In this document: positions 12,035 through 23,739 of the stretch, piece by piece
Numbering within the stretch: the stretch's first letter is position 1
Layout: each line of letters begins with the position of its first letter
NCBI GenBank assembly: GCA_964019335.1
Contig: OZ025694.1
Location: forward strand, 310,001-374,000
Direction: 5' to 3'
Length of the DNA stretch: 64,000 bases
DNA from: Diplonema japonicum
Lineage: Eukaryota; Protista; Euglenozoa: Diplonemea
Program-made: the position numbers and the translations under genes
Notes under the pieces: generated by a model
Seen by the model: the letters and a program-made list of their open reading frames with translations, nothing else
Databases searched by the model: none
Told to the model about the DNA's origin: nothing

Positions 12035-13890
12035 CGGTTTCCGGTGCTGTGGATCGTAGCCTCGGCTACTGACGTCGCGCTCCTCGCAAAGCAAGCGGAC
12101 GGGCTGGGTGTGGCCTGGAGCAAGAGCACGGGGGAGTTCGGAATCCGAGTGAAGGCGGAGAAGCTGGAAGACATGACGGCCTTCCTGCAGATTACTACGG
12201 GAAGGATGACAGGGAGTAACTCCTGCACGCGTTGACCTGAGGGCTAGGCTTGGGGAGGTGCCGATCCTGATCTTGGGGGATTTGAACACGGACGTTTCCG
12301 GGTCGGCGACGCTGAGGCACGCAGTGGAAAACGACTGGGTCGATGTCGGAGCACTGCAGGCCGAGAAGGACGGAAGGAGACCTGACCACACCTTTGAGCG
12401 ACCCGGGACGGAGACTAAGACGCGGATAGACTTTGTCCTAGCCAACGCGGTGCTGGAACGTCAAGAGGGGCGGCCGCGCGGGACCAGACGATGCACGGCA
12501 ACCTGAAGAGGAAGATTCAGGCTCTCAGGATCGGGCTGAACGAGGCGCTGCTCCGGGGTGGACCAGGAACGCTGCCGGCGATGCTGCATGGGACGTGGAA
12601 GAACATCGTGAAGCTGGCCGGGAAGATGGCAACAGTCACCAGCGCTGTGTACAGGCTGTGGGCGACGACGAGGATGAGGCGCACACGTCACAGCACGGTT
12701 TCAGGTCGAGGAGAGGGACACGCTGCTGCTGGAGCTGACGACGCAACTCGAGGAAGCCCTGCTGTCGGGCACACCGATGCACGGTCTCGCACTGGACTTT
12801 GTCAAGTGCTTCGACCGCATCCCGCGGGAGGTGGCACTTGGACTGATGGGGGACCTGGGGCTACATCAGAACATACTGCGGCCGCTGACGACGATGTACG
12901 AGTCCCTCAGGCGGAGGTTCAAGTACCCGACAGGGGTGGGTGACGAGTTCGCCACATCGAACGGCATTTTGCAGGGGTGCCCGATCTCGGTGGTGATGGT
13001 GAACGCGCTGGTGGGGGTGATGGTGAGGGCGATCATGGCGGAGGTGCCCGGGGCAGATTCCCTGTCGTACGCAGATGACGTGTACCTGATTGCAGCTCTG
13101 CTCAGCGCACTGGAGGCGGCAGCGGGGGTAGGCGAGTTCTCTCTGCTAACGCCCTCTGGCGATGCGAACTCGGAGATGCGGTGCGGGGCAAGGCAGAGTA
13201 TGCGAGCCTCGACCCGGCGACCATGCCGAACGCGACGGCGCTCCACGGGATAGTGCCCAGGGGATGCCAAGACAAGCCGAGGGCCCTGTTGGTGCTCACG
13301 CTGAGGGATACGGCGGTGGAAGCGAACCGCGCATTGCAGACGCAGACATACCCGTGGCGGGTGGTCGTGACGGGAAGGGCACACCCGACGCCGACGGTGG
13401 CCGAATTACGTGGGCTGGGAGCATCGGGGAAGGTGATGGACAGGCTGCTGGGGCCGGTGCTGAGGTGGCTGAGTGGCTTGCTGTGGGATGACGCCCCTGG
13501 ACGGCACACGACGGTTACGACGCTGGAGCTTGCCCTCGACTTCGAGCGGGAGATGGAGCTGCCGCTAGACGACGGCGGGGAAGTGGGCAAGGTGGAGGAC
13601 CTGGGCGTCTGATGGCAGAAGGACGGCGTTCCCAGCAGCGCGAGTGGATCGCGTCAACTCCCTGCGCTGTATAGGAGGACCGACCACACACGGGTATGAC
13701 AGGAGGCCAGTACTCCCGGAGCGAACCATGAGCAGCATCGAAGGCTTGCGTGACACGTACCTGTCGCAGACCCCGACAAGGCTGCCCCGCAGTTTTACCA
13801 CCGCAGTAGGAACCCGCCAGAGCCCCCAGAACGGGGGCAACTGAGACTAAGAACAGCGCGGCCGGTGAGCGCAAAAACGCATACCTTAAA
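12035..13890 (+). mobile_element. LINE relic C: APE endonuclease, RT and C-terminal pieces condensed by multiple deletions
   Basis: ILILGDLN and TF...TRIDFVL (APE); TVTSAVYRLW, QHGFR, LDFVKCFDRI, GILQGCPIS, SYADD (RT); LELALDFE. Confidence 0.9.
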
Positions 13891-14313
13891 AGAATAGTTT
13901 TTTTTTTATCTCGCATTTACACAAGGGGGGGCAATAAAAAGAAAAAGAGAAAGAGGAAAAGAAAAAAGGGGGGGTTTTGGTCCTTTTAAACGCTGTTCCT
14001 TTTTTATGCATACCTGCAAGCATCTAGGCTCGAAAAGTTCCTCTTTTTTTCTTCTTCTTTTTTTTTTCTTCCCTTTTACTCCCTTTTTTCTTATCTTTAC
14101 CTAATCCTTGTAAATCTCTCTTCTTTTTTCTTTTTTTGCTTTCTTTTTTTTCTTTTTTTAGGGGTTAAAGGTTTGTATCCGTACCCACACCCCCCCCCCC
14201 CTTTCTTTTTAACGGCCTTTTTATTTTCGTCTCCTCCCATCCCCCCCATCCTCAAATTATTTATCGCATCAAAGGGGGCTCACCCCTCTGGGAAACAACA
14301 AAAAAGAACAACA

Positions 14314-17300
14314 ATGAAACTGCAACGAGTCGCCATGATGTTCCTCCTGCTGATCATCTGCGGGCGTGCCCAAGTGACGGAAAGGGCGGGGTGCTACACC
14401 GACGCGCTAACAAGAACGCTTGAGTTCTTTGTAGGGAACTTCGACACCACGCTCACGGTGGATCTGTGTGCGAATGAGTGCCGTGGCAGAGGCTACAGGT
14501 TCAGTGGTGTGGAAGTGGGGAGGGAGTGCTTCTGTGGCCATCAGATAAAAACGTATGCAGACCTAGTAAGCGATTCTAGCTGTAACAGCAAGTGCAAGGG
14601 CGACACCTCTGACACGTGTGGGGGTTACTTCTTCGTCGAGATCTTTGACTTGTCTCCGCCTGTCTCTCCCGCCCCCGCCACACCAGGCCCTGACTACATA
14701 GCTCCTCGTCTTGGGTGTTTTGTAGATGCTGCCGCGCCCTCGCGTGTGCTGCCCAGCTTCCAGTTCACCACGACCTCGCTCACTGTCCCGCAATGCGTCG
14801 AGCAGTGCCTGGACAGGAACTACGCCTACGCTGGTGTCGAGGCAGGGAGGGAGTGCTTCTGTGGGAACACCGCCCCTGCGAGCACTGTGCCCAACCACGA
14901 GTGCGACGCCGCGTGCGGTGGCAACGACCTCGACACATGTGGGGGGCATTTTCGCATCGAGATCTTTAGAGTGCATGACGACACTCCAGCGCCTCCAACT
15001 CCTGCTCCACCGCCACCCGACACACCTACACCTACTGATACGGGTGAAGTGACAGAAACACCTACTCATACGGATGGACTGACAGCAACATCTACTCATA
15101 CGTCCGAGCTGACAGAAACACCTACGCAAACGGGTGAGCTGACAGAAACATCTACTCATACATCTGAGTTGACAGAAACATCTACTCAAACAGCCGAGTT
15201 GACGGAAACACCAACTCATACATCTGAGCTCACAGAAACAACTACTCAAACAGCCGAAGTGACGGAAACACCAACTCATACGTTCGAGCTGACAGAAACA
15301 GTTACTCAAACAGCCGAGTTGACAAAAACACCAACTCATACATCTACTCATACGTCTGAGCTGACAGAAACAACTACTCAAACAGCCGAGCTGACGGAAA
15401 CACCAACTCATACACCTGAGTTGACAGAAGCATCTACTCAAACAGCCGAGTTGACGGAAACACCAACTCATACGTCTGAGCTGACAGAAACATCTACCCT
15501 GACGGGCGAGCTGACAGAAACACCAACTCATACATCTGAGCTGACAGAAACAACTACTCAAACAGCCGAGCTGACGGAAACACCAACTCATACACCTGAG
15601 TTGACAGAAACATCTACTCAAACAGCCGAGCTGACGGAAACACCAACTCATACGTCTGAGCTGACAGAAACATCTACCCTGACGGGCGAGCTGACAGAAA
15701 CACCAACTCATACATCTGAGCTGACAGAAACAACTACTCAAACAGCCGAGCAGACAGAAACACCAACTCATACGTCTGAGCTGACAGAAACAGTTACTCA
15801 AACAGCCGAGTTGACAGAAACGGCCACTCATACGTCTGAGCTGACGGAAACAACTACTCAAGCAGCCGAGCTGACGGAAACACCAACTCATACACGTACG
15901 TCTGAGCTGACGGTAACACCTACTCAAACAGCCAGGTTGACAGAAACACCAACTCATACGGCCGAGCTGACAGAAACGGCCACCCATACATCTGAGCTGA
16001 CGGAAACACCAACTCATACGGCCCAGCTGACAGAAATATTTACTCATACATCTGAGCTGACAGAAACAACTACTCAAACAGCCGAGCTGACGGAAACACC
16101 AACTCATACGTCTGAGCTGACAGAAACATCTACCCTGACGGGCGAGCTGACAGAAACACCAACTCATACGGCCGAGCTGACAGAAACAACTACTCAAACA
16201 GCCGAGCTGACGGAAACACCAACTCATACGTCTGAGCTGACAGAAACAGTTACTCATACACCTGAGTTGACAGAAACGGCCACTCATACGTCTGAGCTGA
16301 CGGAAACACCAACTCATACACCTGAGTTGACAGAAACAACTACTCAAACAGCCAGGTTGACGGAAACACCAACTCATACACGTACGTCTGAGCTGACGGT
16401 AACACCTACTCAAACAGCCAGGTTGACTGAAACACCAACTCATACGGCCGAGCTGACAGAAACGGCCACCCATACATCTGAGCTGACGGAAACACCTACT
16501 CAAACAGCCGAGGTGACAGAAACACCAACTCATACATCTGAGCTGACAGAATCATCTACTCAAACAGCCGGGTTGACAGAAACGGCCACCCATATATCTG
16601 AGCTGACTGAAACAACTACTCAAACAGCCAAGTTGACGGAAACACCAACTCATACACGTACGTCTGAGCTGACGGTAACACCTACTCAAACAGCCAGGTT
16701 GACAGAAACACCAACTCATACATCTGAGCTTACAGAAACACCTACTCATACATCTGAACAGACAGAAACAGTTACTCAAACAGCCGAGTTCACAGAAACA
16801 GCCACTCATACGTCTGAGCTGACGGAAACAACTACTCAAACAGCCGAGTTGACGGAAACACCAACTCATACGGCCGAGCTGACAGAAACGGCCACCCATA
16901 CATCTGAGCTGACGGTAACACCTACTCAAACAGCCGAGGTGACAGAAACACCAACTCAAACGTTCAAGCTGACAGAAACAGTTACTCAAACAGCCGAGTT
17001 TACAGAAACACCAACTCATACGGCCCAGCTGACAGAAACATCTACTCATACATCTGAGCTGACAGAAGCATCTACCCTGACGGGTGAGCTGACGGAAACA
17101 CCAACTCATACGTCTGAGCTGACAGAAATACCTACTCAAACAGGTGAGCTGACAGAAACAGCCACTCATACGTCCGGGCTGACGGAAACACCAACTCATA
17201 CATCTGAGCTGACAGAAACATCTACCCTGACGGGTGAGCTGACGGAAACACCAACTCATACGTCCGAGCTGACAGAAACACCTACTCATACGGCTGTGCT

Positions 17301-18672
17301 GACAGAAACAGCTACCCATACGTCTGAGCTTACAGAAACACCAACTCAAACTGCTGTGCTGGCAAGAATACCTACTCAAACAGGTGAGCTGACAGAGACA
17401 CTTACTCATACGCCTGAACTGGAAACACCTATTCCAACGGCTAAGCCAACAGAGGCACCTACAGCAGCACCCACCACACCTTTACCTAAAGAGGACAAAT
17501 CGATGGCTGTACGACAGAAGGAAGTAGCCATCGAGTTAGAAGGTGGTTTGGGTGCCTTCGGCGATTTGTCACATATGCCTCCTTTGACGGAGGAGGAGAT
17601 GAAGGAGGCTAAGGAGATCTTAGGACAAGCTGCGGCGGCGGCTGCAGCGGCCGTAGCAGTGAACTCTGTGATGGGTGCCATGCTGCTTGGGATGGGCGGC
17701 GATTCCGATGGTGGAGGTGGCGGTGGTGGTGACGGCTACGACGAACACGGAGCTGAGGGTGGCGAGTATGACGAGCACGGAGCTCCTGAGTCCGAGTCGC
17801 AGTCGGAGTCCCGGTCAGAGTCCCAATTTAGAACATTTGAGTCAGCGTCGCAGGGGACTCGCAACACGGATACAGGCGAAGGCATCGTTAGTTCAGCTGA
17901 GTACGAGCAGACTCCCACAGTGTCCCGTGTGACGCGTGTCTACCTGTTCTGCGCATCGCTTGCCTTCATGGTGTCGTCAATTGTGAACATCCCGTTCTTC
18001 GGGGTGTACTGGCAATCGTTCTCGTCGCTGCAAGAGATTCTGGACGAGATCCACGAAAGGGTGCCACAGTCAGAACGGTGCTCGGGGAGCAACGAGTTCC
18101 TCGCCTGGAACACCGTGTACTGGATTTACATTCTGTACCCGCTTCTGTGCGGGACGTACATTCTGTACGTGGTGGCGGTGAACAAGGTGGCGCAGCAGGC
18201 GCTTCTCATTGTGGTGCTTTGCGCCATCATCCAGCCCCCTGTGGTGATGTACCAGCACCTGGGGGCGAAGCTGTACTACGCGGCGAAATACGACGGGATC
18301 TGCGAGGGGCTGGAGGCACACAGCGACTGCGACGAGGGACAGCTACAAAATGCGGGGAATGTCCTCAGGCTCACAGGGATCATCCAAGCTGTCCTCAACC
18401 TCTCTGTCTCCCTCCTCCTCTGCTTCCTCCTCGGCTGGCGAGCCATACAGGCCTGGAAGAGCAGGCAGGAGGACACTCTCTCCGATGTGAGCGAGTTCTC
18501 AGCCAACATCGATGAGCTGAACTACGACGAGGCACCGAGGGGAAAGACCTTTAAAAGGGGTTCTAGCTCAGGCGATTTTAGAACACGTGTATCTGTAAGC
18601 GATCTTCACCGCAAGACTTCTGGGTCAAAGGTCCCTTCTTCCTTTAAACGAACGAGCACCTACAAGCGCTAG
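14314..18672 (+). CDS. WSC-stalk-multiTM surface protein, paralog 3 (expanded TETPTHTSEL stalk)
   Basis: ATG at 14314, in frame with track ORF 14173..18672. Near-identical to paralog 2 except for a stalk about 390 aa longer, a 6-aa deletion and several substitutions near the C-terminus. Confidence 0.9.
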   Translation: MKLQRVAMMFLLLIICGRAQVTERAGCYTDALTRTLEFFVGNFDTTLTVDLCANECRGRGYRFSGVEVGRECFCGHQIKTYADLVSDSSCNSKCKGDTSDTCGGYFFVEIFDLSPPVSPAPATPGPDYIAPRLGCFVDAAAPSRVLPSFQFTTTSLTVPQCVEQCLDRNYAYAGVEAGRECFCGNTAPASTVPNHECDAACGGNDLDTCGGHFRIEIFRVHDDTPAPPTPAPPPPDTPTPTDTGEVTETPTHTDGLTATSTHTSELTETPTQTGELTETSTHTSELTETSTQTAELTETPTHTSELTETTTQTAEVTETPTHTFELTETVTQTAELTKTPTHTSTHTSELTETTTQTAELTETPTHTPELTEASTQTAELTETPTHTSELTETSTLTGELTETPTHTSELTETTTQTAELTETPTHTPELTETSTQTAELTETPTHTSELTETSTLTGELTETPTHTSELTETTTQTAEQTETPTHTSELTETVTQTAELTETATHTSELTETTTQAAELTETPTHTRTSELTVTPTQTARLTETPTHTAELTETATHTSELTETPTHTAQLTEIFTHTSELTETTTQTAELTETPTHTSELTETSTLTGELTETPTHTAELTETTTQTAELTETPTHTSELTETVTHTPELTETATHTSELTETPTHTPELTETTTQTARLTETPTHTRTSELTVTPTQTARLTETPTHTAELTETATHTSELTETPTQTAEVTETPTHTSELTESSTQTAGLTETATHISELTETTTQTAKLTETPTHTRTSELTVTPTQTARLTETPTHTSELTETPTHTSEQTETVTQTAEFTETATHTSELTETTTQTAELTETPTHTAELTETATHTSELTVTPTQTAEVTETPTQTFKLTETVTQTAEFTETPTHTAQLTETSTHTSELTEASTLTGELTETPTHTSELTEIPTQTGELTETATHTSGLTETPTHTSELTETSTLTGELTETPTHTSELTETPTHTAVLTETATHTSELTETPTQTAVLARIPTQTGELTETLTHTPELETPIPTAKPTEAPTAAPTTPLPKEDKSMAVRQKEVAIELEGGLGAFGDLSHMPPLTEEEMKEAKEILGQAAAAAAAAVAVNSVMGAMLLGMGGDSDGGGGGGGDGYDEHGAEGGEYDEHGAPESESQSESRSESQFRTFESASQGTRNTDTGEGIVSSAEYEQTPTVSRVTRVYLFCASLAFMVSSIVNIPFFGVYWQSFSSLQEILDEIHERVPQSERCSGSNEFLAWNTVYWIYILYPLLCGTYILYVVAVNKVAQQALLIVVLCAIIQPPVVMYQHLGAKLYYAAKYDGICEGLEAHSDCDEGQLQNAGNVLRLTGIIQAVLNLSVSLLLCFLLGWRAIQAWKSRQEDTLSDVSEFSANIDELNYDEAPRGKTFKRGSSSGDFRTRVSVSDLHRKTSGSKVPSSFKRTSTYKR
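15036..17423 (+). repeat. 30-bp coding minisatellite, expanded copy
   Basis: Same unit and the same first and last blocks as 7880-9085, with an internal expansion. Confidence 0.95.
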
Positions 18673-19317
18673 GTAGCTTTTTAGAGTTTTATGTGCTAAA
18701 TAGACACACTAACTACTAAACGCTACTCTTTGTGAAGAGGTTTTATTTCTCAGAAAAAAAAAAAAAAAAAAAGGCGAAAATATTCAGTTGATACCAATGG
18801 GTTTGGTTCTAGGGGACCCCGAGAGGCTGATCGGGGCTGTAAATAAATAACTGTGAAAAGAATAGTCATTTCACTTGCTGTTTATTTGCCTTTGTCAGTG
18901 ATATGGGCCCAAAAAACCCGTTGAAACCGGCTGAAAAGGAAACGCGCGTTAAAGCGGAAAAGGCGTTTCCTTTTTAGAGAAAACGTGTTTTCTTCTTAAG
19001 GAAACGGCCCCAAGGTAAGGATTCGAAAAAAAACGCGTTTCCTTGCCAGCATAGCCGCCGCCGCCGCCCCCCCCCCCCCCCCCCCCCCCCCCTGCAAAAA
19101 AAGGGCTCCCGTTGCTTCTAAGATGAGATGTTTACCCGTCATATTGTACTTGCGAAATAGCGGCTAGTACTATAAGCTGTGCAGCGAGCCATGAACACGA
19201 AAATATGTTATGTTTCTTTGAATGAGGGAGAAAGATAAAAAAAAAGAAAAATAAGATGGTGAAAAAAAAAGCCAAAAATTTGCCTTTTCTATTTTTCTAC
19301 CCCTTTTTTTTTTGTTT

Positions 19318-19425
19318 TAACAATATTATTGTCGAGACTAAAAACTAGTTGATGGCAGCGTAATGAGCTATTTTATTAGGTAAAATTCCGCTCGTGCGCA
19401 CAAACAAATGGAGCGCCAAACTAGT
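19318..19425 (+). repeat. 108-bp interspersed repeat ending in CTAGT
   Basis: Identical copy at 37321-37428; partial copies at about 5139-5206, 61684-61752 and 59409-59447 (minus). Confidence 0.85.
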
Positions 19426-19440
19426 TTTTTTCTCTCTCTC

Positions 19441-19471
<31 letters not shown>

Positions 19472-20351
19472 TTGGCGTTGGCTGTAAAAAAAAAAAAAAA
19501 AAAAAAAGCGGCCCTTACGTAATACCTTTTGGTTTTAAAAGGTCTGAATTCTTTTCTCTTTTTTTTTTTTTTTTCAAGGTGGTGGGGATAACATGAAAAT
19601 ATAAGAAAAACATCAGGTGTCACCGGTAGCGCCCACGTGGAAGAATGTATTGCAGATGCTCGGAGGCTCACGCAGCTACAGCTCGGCCGAGGTGCGCCCC
19701 CTGTAATCAAGTAGACAGTTCGTGCTTCGTTGCACACTTAACACCACTTAGTGTAATCAAAGCCCCATTTTTGCCCCTTAGATTCAAGTGTAAGGTAAAC
19801 ACCACGAATTCTCACTCACCAAAGCCACCCCGAGGTGCCCAGTTTTTCCCTAGTGCTGAAGTAATTTGGGTGTTGGCGTGAAAGTCATTTCTTGTTTAGA
19901 ACTAAATAGTTATTTTTTTTTTCACTTGTCGTCATCCAGCCGGTGTGCGATCTGATTCCTTTTTTTTTTTTTTTTTTTCCCTTTCCTTTTAGTTATATGA
20001 TGAAACAGAAAGGGAAACAACTGCGGTGTTTTGTTTCCATTTTCTTTCATTCCGTCTTCCCCCCCCCCCCCCCCCTTAATGCCTCTTAAAAGTTAACTCT
20101 CGGGCATCTTTGAGCAAAACGAAGATAGCAGCGTGCTTGGATTTTTCCCCCTTCAGATGCTTTTCCCCATTATTATACTGTATCCCTCTCCACGGCGGGA
20201 GTAAGCTTAATTACACCTGCGATCGCAGAAACCTTAAAAAAAAAAAGAGTAATTTTCTTCTATCTTTTTTTTTTTTTGAATAGATAAGTAGAGACAATGG
20301 AGACGTTCCAAAAACAGGAACCTCCTTTATCTCATCTCTTTTTTTTCGCTG

Positions 20352-22610
20352 ATTGAGGAGACAGGCCAGTGGCCGAGACAGATCACGACAGCCCTGGTGT
20401 CACTGATACCAAAGGGTGAAGGGTCAGCACCGCTGAACCACCGACCCATCACAGTGACCAGCACCATCTATCGCTTGTGGGCGTGTACGAGGCTGAAGGA
20501 TGTCCTTGACTGGCAGGAACGTTGGATCACCCAGGGGATGTATTCCCAGATCACAAGGAGGTTCAAGTACCCCATAGGAGTTGGTGACACGTTTGAGGCC
20601 ACAAACGGAATCCTCCAAGGGTGCCCGTTGTCGGTCATTGTCATCAACGCCCTGCTGTCCATCATGATACGGGCCAGTAGCGCCGGACGCCGAGGTGCTA
20701 GCATATGCCGACGACGCTTACCTGTTAGCGAAGCTACGCGACTCCCTACAAGCAGCGGTCGAAGGGACTCTGGAGTTCTGCGACCTGACTGGCATGAAGG
20801 TCAACGAGGAAAAGACGGTTGGCTTTGGCACCGCAGAGGGTTACAAGTCGAGAGTCGTGGGAGACCGTACGGCGAATAGGAAAGGCTCGGTAGTTGCTGT
20901 ACCTTACAAGACAGTGACGGACTTCAAAGGGCTTGGCGTGAGGATCAACACGCGCAGGACAGGAACGAAATGGAACAGACCATCCACGGATGCACTTGAC
21001 TCACTAGACCGGCTAGGGTGCACGAGATTAGCTTTCGAGACCAAAGCACACATGGTCAGCACGACAGTACTCCCGTCATGCCTCTACAGCGGGCCGTTCT
21101 CTCCCCCAGTGACGAGACACTCAAGAAGTTGTCAACGAGGGTAACATGCAATCTGTGGGGCCCGCATCATCGTGGACGATCTCCAACCGCGGTCAACACG
21201 GTCCTCTTGAAGGGGCACACCAGCGACCCCCTCTCCTATGTGATATACCACTCCCTGAAGGTAGTGTCCAGAGCGCTTGACGACGAGAGACTGCGACAGA
21301 GATGCACACGGATCGCTGCGGGGTGCGGCACGGGGTCCATCCCAATGGGGCCAGTAGGCAACCTGATCTGTCGGTGGCTCCCCTACATAGGGTGGAGTTG
21401 GACGCAGCTGCTAGACTGTAGGAACAAACCCTGGGCCGAGCGCGGGCACGCCTTTAGGGACGCGGTGAGGAAAGCCCGGAGCAGGTCACTGGCGAACGAA
21501 AGAAGCACAGTGAAGGGGATGGAGGCGGGAGCGGATCCCAAAACCAACCAACTGTGGAAGACAGCCAAGGACCCACTCATGTCCTACTGCCTGAGACGGG
21601 TGATCGCCGGAGGGGTCCCCTACCTTAGCCCGCATGCAGGTACGAGTCAAAGGAGCGTCCCCCTGGCACCAGAAGGAGATGGCACCGAGGAAGTCGGGGA
21701 CAGCATAGACCACGTCCCAACGACGGAAGTACCACGCACACAAGGGTTCAGGTGTGACCTGTGTGAGTCACCACACCCGGACACGGTAACCTTACTCCGC
21801 CATCAGCTCTACGAGTGTGCCTGCGCACGGGACGAGCTGGCACAGGACGGTTTGGAACCGCTGCGCGACAGGACGGGATGGCCCCTGTGTCTTGAGCTAC
21901 ACGCAATACTGCCGAGAGGACATGCCTTTGCATACCTGGAAAAACTGCAACGATACTTGGCCGTGGTGGTTGAGAAGCGGGACGTGGAGCTCATGCAGAA
22001 GGAGGACGTCAACACACAGCCGCTACCGTGGGAACGAAATGTAGTAGGAAAGAGATGCCCCGTTCCGATAGCAGGCGAGCTCGAAGGAGTGAGTGGGGTC
22101 CTGTCCCAGTACCTGAACCCGCTGCTACAATGGTTGTCACAGCTGCGCTGGGTGGAGAAGGACACCACCTCGGAGGTGTCGGCGGTGGAGCTAGCCATTG
22201 ACTTCGAATGGACGACCGGTAAATCATTAGGAGGCCTGCTGGAAGATAGGGCACGCAGAATCAAGGCCCTAATCGTAAAGATAAACGCAGCGTGCAGGGC
22301 ACGGAAGAAGCGACGCCCCTTCCCAGCGGATGAGCAGAAAAGGGTGAAGTCCCTCATCGCCATAGGAGGAAAGGCAGCTATAGGCTTCTCCAGGAGGCCC
22401 ATTTTTGCTACCCAGTGCACGACAAGCTGATGGATTTGAAGGCCGCCTACAAGCGGGATCGCATCACTCGACTTCGCAAGACGCTCACAGCCACGATCGT
22501 GATGAAAGCAATGCTCCAGAAGGAGAGTACTAAACAGTACTACAGATAGACCCCCCCCCCCTCCCATAAGGCGGCCCTCTAGCGGGGGGCTTGTCCTGTA
22601 CTTTGAGTTT
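20352..22610 (+). mobile_element. LINE relic D: RT, CCHC knuckle and 3' end; frameshifted
   Basis: LIPKGEG...RPITVTS..YRLW, GILQGCPLS, AYADD, GMKVNEEK, FKGLGV, CDLC...H....C, VELAIDFE. Confidence 0.9.
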
Positions 22611-22620
22611 TTTTTTATAT

Positions 22621-22716
22621 CCACCAAAGGAGGAGAAACCGCTGCTGAAAGGGGATAGGTGCAGGTAGAGCATGAGAACAAGGGGGCGTCTCACAAAGAC
22701 TTCCTTTGACTCATAT
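22621..22716 (+). mobile_element. Solo 3' end of LINE family A
   Basis: Near-identical to 4631-4726. Confidence 0.85.
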
Positions 22717-23117
22717 ATTATATTTTCTTTTTAAAGATTCTTCATCTCGCGCTTTTTTAAATGACTGGTGGCTATTGTCACGGTTACAGATCCGGCTCCT
22801 TTCTTCCCTTTCTTCCCTAGTCGTCAGCTGAAACCTTCCATCTTGATCGACTTGTGATATACCGAACGCAGAACCCGCAAACCCGCGCAGAAGGTTTCGT
22901 GCTTTCGAAGTCACGAGTTTGTCCGTCAGGTGTCAGTCTGTCTATTTTTGTTTACAGCAAATATCTATTTTGTCTCTATGGGGATAAAAACGTGCTTTTT
23001 TGCAACGACCTCCCTTAAACTCACTCTACTTCCCCGAACCACCTCACCCTTTTTAAAGAAATTCAAAAAGAAAAAAAAGAAGAAAATATCAAAATTTTCC
23101 CACGATTTTTCGATGAG

Positions 23118-23151
<34 letters not shown>

Positions 23152-23210
23152 CTTCTTCTTTGTTGTGAAAAAACGAACTACGGGGGGTTTTTTTTTTTTG
23201 GCGTCCGGTT

Positions 23211-23635
23211 GCCCTTCCGGCAACGCAGAAGCACCTGGGCCACCCAAATCGCCTTCTAACTGAGTAGTTCCGTGGAATTCTGATCGAACGAACCATCTAG
23301 CCCCCCAATAACCCCAAGTACCTAACCGTGGCCACCCTGTTCAAAAATACAAAAAGAATTGCTTGTAAATGCTCAAGGTGCCCAAAACCAGGCGGAAAAC
23401 CGACTTTTTGGTCAAGAAACGGGTGTAGTACAGGGTTAGGTAGTTAGGTAGGCCATCCTACATAGGCGTGACTGAGAAAAACCCGTTTTACGACTACCAT
23501 GCGACCGCTCGATCCCCCCAAAAAAAAGAAAGGTGGTCGGTAAATTATTTGGGAAATTTGGAGCGAAAGAATCCCCGAGAAAAAAACAAGAACTTTGGAA
23601 AACACATTATTTGGGATGGAATTCGGGTGCCCCCC
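23211..23635. repeat. Partial copy of the right part of the 38510-39945 element
   Basis: Colinear similarity to 39350-39665 and 39835-39940. Confidence 0.8.
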
Positions 23636-23739
23636 TACTTTTTCTTTTTTTCTTATTTTTTTTAGAATCTTTTCTTTAAGCCAAGCGACACGTTAGAAGG
23701 GAAAAAAGGGGTCCGCCCCTGGAAAATTGCAGAAGAAAA

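Noticed and set aside
7407-17409. Long minus-strand Cys/Arg-rich ORFs (7407..9071, 14563..16533, 16552..17409)
   Set aside because: Antisense shadows of the TETPTHTSEL minisatellite; no independent features.
23432-23452. gggttaggtagttagg (also near 39593) as telomeric repeat
   Set aside because: No tandem TTAGGG array; it is part of the TIR element.
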